A stretch of 64,000 nt of DNA from Amphiscolops sp. MND2022 (taxonomy: Eukaryota), in NCBI GenBank assembly GCA_964187785.1, contig OZ076412.1:16616001-16680000 (forward strand), written 5' to 3'. Below the pieces are notes generated by a model. It was not told the DNA's origin. It worked only from the letters and a program-made list of their open reading frames with translations, and did no database searches. Every line of letters begins with the position of its first letter. Position 1 is the stretch's first letter. Shown one piece after another: positions 60,085 through 64,000 of the stretch. Both the position numbers and the translations under genes were made by a program.

Positions 60085-60793
60085 TTATTTTCTTCGGATA
60101 CTATCGTTTCTGGCAGCATTTACGAAATCAACCAGTTTTATAACCAAAAAGATTAGCATTGATATAAATATCAGACTCAGTAGCATAAGCTTAACGTCAA
60201 CCACAGTCCGTTTTGCTTTCTCAGAAGCTCCGTTAACTGGTATAGTTTGTAATGGCAACGATAATTGCATGTCATTCCACCAAAAACATGCGTTTGGCGG
60301 GTACCCCATTTTCTTGAACAGCTCATATGGATCAGCCCCTCCTGCGTTGTACTTCAAAATTTCCAGCACATCTGTTTCTCGCACAAATTTTGGACAATCC
60401 GGAAGCTGGTTTCTAAGTTCGTCCAGCTGGAAAAAATAATCAGCCAATTTTAGCTGGTAAGATTTGACGTCTTTATCACCCGCAAACCATTGGGGTCCCT
60501 TGTACAATAAATCATGTCCCCAGTTACTCCACATATCTGTATAAGGGGTTCCAATTTGCAATTCAATCATTTTATTGCCGACCGATTCTTTTACAAGCAA
60601 GATCAGATGAATGCGTCTGTATCCAATCTCTGTGTATTTGCCGGCTCCGGGACACATTCCATAGCATTTGGTAGTATTGACCTCAAAGTGGGCTGAGTCA
60701 TTTGAAACCAAGTCTTTCAGTCTCAGCGCTTCGTCAACTGTTTGACACGTCAGCCTCATACCAATAATGTCAGTTAAATCCGTCAGTCGCACG
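60085..60793 (-). CDS. Terminal exon of a RelA/SpoT (p)ppGpp-synthetase-domain protein with C-terminal membrane anchor
   Basis: DIIGMRLTC, GYRRIHLIL, IELQIGT, MWSNWGHDLLYKG in canonical order; TTTCAG acceptor at 60799-60794; hydrophobic LMLLSLIFISMLIFLVIKLV near the C-terminus. Confidence 0.85.
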
Positions 60794-61959
60794 CTGAAAC
60801 ATAATCACTATAGATAACGTTGTAACTTGAAAGTGACCCACGCCAATTTTTCTAAACTTCTGTCAATCAAAAGCTAGTTTCATTTGATACTTCAAACTTT
60901 TTTTTAATTTTTCGAAGAAGTAAATTTCCGAATAAATTGTCAATAGATCCGCATCAGAACTATTACTAAAACTCCTGATGGACTGGCTGCCAAATATAGA
61001 ATGAAGCTTTCATGCATCTTGTGAAAAGTCGGATACTCAAAGGAAATATAAATGACTGAAATTTTCCGTGAACGTTTCGTACAATCATTATAAAAGCAAC
61101 AGGCAACCTTCAAAAACGTGTTTTTGTATTAATTCGGATGAAAAGCTACAGCGGAGAACTATATAGATAGAAAGCAATTCATCTGCAATTGTATTTTCTC
61201 AATTTCTTCGAAGCACTTAAAAAAGTTTTTATAAAGTGATTGTACTCAGCATTTTGGTACCTTTGGTAAAAGAAGGTCAGGTCAACTTCAAGTCTTTCAT
61301 AAGTCGTACAACAAGAAATGACCAATGATGCAACTTTCGAATTTGAAAAAGAATTTTTACACTGGAAACAATCACGAGACTTGAGTTAGAACTTTATGTT
61401 CCAAAGAAGTCGCATACCCTTGCACACAAAGGTGAAACTCGTTTATTGAACTGAAAGTAATTCAAAGGGGACCCTTTAGTGTTTTTTCGAACTTTGTAAG
61501 CATAGAAAATATTTATTTTAGCACGGGACTTGAACCCACGTGCATGCAGTGGAACTAACTCACCAATGTGAGAAGTCCGCGTTATCAGCTAGTTCAAGTG
61601 GAAACTTTCCACCAGTGCTTCTAGTAAGGATTGGCTGAAACTGGGGAGAAAAAGGTGGAAAAATGTTCCAGTAATAAAACTGAAGGAAAACTATAAATCA
61701 CAACATTGGTTGTAGCTGATTATGATTCTGTAATTCAGATATATTTAATCGATTTGACCCACTAGATATTAATGTGTGACTGTTATACGATGGTTCCCTT
61801 TCGAATGAATAAAAAATTGAACAGCCAATAGAAATTGTTTTGTAACAACATCATGTTGTAATATAGAAAATATAGAAAAAAATATAGAAATAACAATGTA
61901 ACGCTGACGAAACGCAAATGCAAAAACAAACCTTAAAAAAACACATTTGACTGCAATTA

Positions 61960-64000
61960 ATGCTGACAGAACATTCAAATAAAAACTTTAAAAAACGTGT
62001 GGTAGAGGGGTTGACTTTTCTGTATAATAATATAAGATCAGTATCTGCAAATTTAGAAGATCTTGAAATATTGGTTGCACAAACAAAGCCGTCCGTAATC
62101 GCATTAACCGAAACATGGTGGAAAAACGAAAATGAAGCAGGACTGTATTGTCTCGAAGGATACCAAAGACCTTTCGCTAGCACCAGAAACCGCAAACGAG
62201 GTGGAGGTGTAGCAATTTATGTTACATCGGACCTGGAAGCTGAATTACTTCACACGGATGAAGCCTACGAGTCATTATCTGTAAAAATTAGTGACTTCAA
62301 AAAGAAAAAGAAAATAATAGTTTCTTGTTTCTATTGTGAACCGTCGAGGAATAGAAGTCAGTATCTGGACCATGTTGAAGAAGTTTTGGATAAAAATGGT
62401 GAAGGTATGCAGATAGCTTGTGGAGACTTCAATATTGATTTGTTAAACGAAAACCTTGCAGCACGGATAACGTTAGAAAATTTGATGACAGCCCAAGGGT
62501 TGGAATTGGTTAGCTTGCGACAACCTACAAGAGAAACTGCTACATCTAGTACTTGCATAGACTCCATATACAGCAATATTCCGGTGCAACTAACGCAGAT
62601 TAAAAAAACAACATTCTCTGACCATTACAGCTTAGAACTGTCTTTCGAAATTTTTTATGAAATTGCGGAAAACATCTTTGAATATCGATCACTCAAGAAA
62701 TTAGAAGACTCTTTTTACTGTGAAAAATTCCTTTTCTTCTTGAATCATTCGTTGGGTAAAATTAATGAACAAGATTCAGATGCCGAATCATATCTAGAAG
62801 AGATCGCGCATGTAATCAAAGATTCAACTGATAAATATTTCCCAACCAAGCAAGTGAAACGCCATGAACCCAAAAAGTCTTGGATAACAAATCGTATTAA
62901 GAGGCACATAGCAAATAGAGATAAACATTATCATTTATGGTTAAAAACAAAATCATCTGTTGATTACGAGAAGTACAGGAAAAAAAGAAATGAAGTCAAT
63001 ATGGAAATTAAAAACGCAAAGCGGAATGAAGTTCAATCTAGAATTGACCGCAATAATTCGAGAGAATTTTTCAGATACATAAAAAAGGTGAAAGGCACTT
63101 TGAATCAAGTAGCAAAATGTGATTTATCTGCAGAAGATTTTAATAATTATTTCTTAACTGCTGCTGATACCTCAGACACAATTTTAACTCATCGTTTTAA
63201 AAGTCAGCAGGTTGAACAACCGCAATCAATATTCATGCGCCCAGTTACTGAGGATGAAGTTTCGAAACACATTTCCACATTGAAAAACAAAAAATCTGTT
63301 GGCATGGATTGCATTGAGGTCGCCGTATTAAAGAAAGCTTCCCGAATTGTTAGTCCTTATCTAAAAACTGCTTTCAACAATTGCATATATGCAGGAGTGT
63401 TTCCTCAAAGTATGAAAATTGCTAAAGTAATACCAATTTTTAAAGCTGGTGCAACAAGTTTAGCTTCCAATTACAGGCCGATTTCTATTCTGGGTAATTT
63501 ATCAAAGCTCTTCGAGAAGGTAATACACAGAAGATTGATGAACTATTTTGAAAAATTTGGAATTCTTTCGGAAAATCAATATGGGTTCAGAAAAAAGAAA
63601 GATTCTATCCAAGCCGCAACATCACTTTTTAAAGAAATAGAAGCAAATTGGAGGTCCAAAATTAAAACGAACTCTGTTTTTATTGATTTCAGGAAAGCTT
63701 TTGATGCAGTTGATCACAGCGTTCTGTTGAATAAATTGAATCGAATCGGTATCAGAGGAGTTTCTCATAAACTCCTAACGAGTTACTTAACGAATAGGTG
63801 TCAGTATGTGAAAATTGAGGATAAATGCTCATCCATGAAATTAATAAAACGTGGAGTCCCACAGGGATCTATACTTGGCCCTCTCTTATTTCTTGTTTAT
63901 ATTAATGATTTGGGCGCCGATGAAAAATGGCAGAGTAAAATAATAAAGTATGCGGATGATACAGTTATGATCGAAAAGCTAAATACAAAGTCTGATGATA
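61960..64000 (+). CDS. LINE ORF2 (APE endonuclease plus RT), L2/CR1-like, open to the window end
   Basis: NIRS, LTETW, RGGGVAIY, GDFNID, TCIDSI, SDH; NYRPISIL, QYGFR, DFRKAFD, GVPQGSILGP, YADD; no stop seen on manual translation. Confidence 0.95.
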   Translation, partial: MLTEHSNKNFKKRVVEGLTFLYNNIRSVSANLEDLEILVAQTKPSVIALTETWWKNENEAGLYCLEGYQRPFASTRNRKRGGGVAIYVTSDLEAELLHTDEAYESLSVKISDFKKKKKIIVSCFYCEPSRNRSQYLDHVEEVLDKNGEGMQIACGDFNIDLLNENLAARITLENLMTAQGLELVSLRQPTRETATSSTCIDSIYSNIPVQLTQIKKTTFSDHYSLELSFEIFYEIAENIFEYRSLKKLEDSFYCEKFLFFLNHSLGKINEQDSDAESYLEEIAHVIKDSTDKYFPTKQVKRHEPKKSWITNRIKRHIANRDKHYHLWLKTKSSVDYEKYRKKRNEVNMEIKNAKRNEVQSRIDRNNSREFFRYIKKVKGTLNQVAKCDLSAEDFNNYFLTAADTSDTILTHRFKSQQVEQPQSIFMRPVTEDEVSKHISTLKNKKSVGMDCIEVAVLKKASRIVSPYLKTAFNNCIYAGVFPQSMKIAKVIPIFKAGATSLASNYRPISILGNLSKLFEKVIHRRLMNYFEKFGILSENQYGFRKKKDSIQAATSLFKEIEANWRSKIKTNSVFIDFRKAFDAVDHSVLLNKLNRIGIRGVSHKLLTSYLTNRCQYVKIEDKCSSMKLIKRGVPQGSILGPLLFLVYINDLGADEKWQSKIIKYADDTVMIEKLNTKSDD

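Noticed and set aside
61270-61330. Next exon of the calmodulin-like gene (EGQVNFKSFIS)
   Set aside because: Poor acceptor, EF-loop register is off by one residue, and an in-frame stop follows shortly.
61521-61625. tRNA gene or tRNA-derived SINE
   Set aside because: A B-box (GGTTCAAGTCC) is on the minus strand but the best A-box-like motif is on the plus strand; no cloverleaf, tail or TSD could be built.

Overview
Eukaryotic, animal-like genomic DNA (GT-AG exon boundaries, AT-rich spacers) dominated by LTR retrotransposons; the species cannot be determined from the sequence alone. Bases 1-44.6 kb hold a nest of decayed elements: three Gypsy families, one BEL/Pao element and a LINE remnant. 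These were scrambled by a ~15-kb inversion (about 17332-32280) and by tandem duplications. One decayed Gypsy carries ~5.5 kb of extra ORFs after pol, with macrodomain-like and SGNH-like folds. The centrepiece (47458-60051) is a complete, very young, env-bearing Gypsy-type element with two 697-bp LTRs (2 differences seen), an ACCAA TSD, a PBS and a PPT. It encodes gag, a -1-frameshifted pol containing a TARG1/OARD1-like macrodomain, an F-type fusion env, a fourth ORF with a coiled coil and an HPD J-domain, and two small leader ORFs. Env and ORF4 have no ATG of their own. A single splice donor in the LTR (AT|GTAAGT) would create an in-frame ATG for both. The element sits in the intron downstream of a calmodulin-like exon and ~28 bp beyond the stop codon of an antisense, splice-acceptor-bounded RelA/SpoT synthetase-domain exon. 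The window ends inside an open LINE ORF2. All domain calls are motif recognition by eye; no searches were run.
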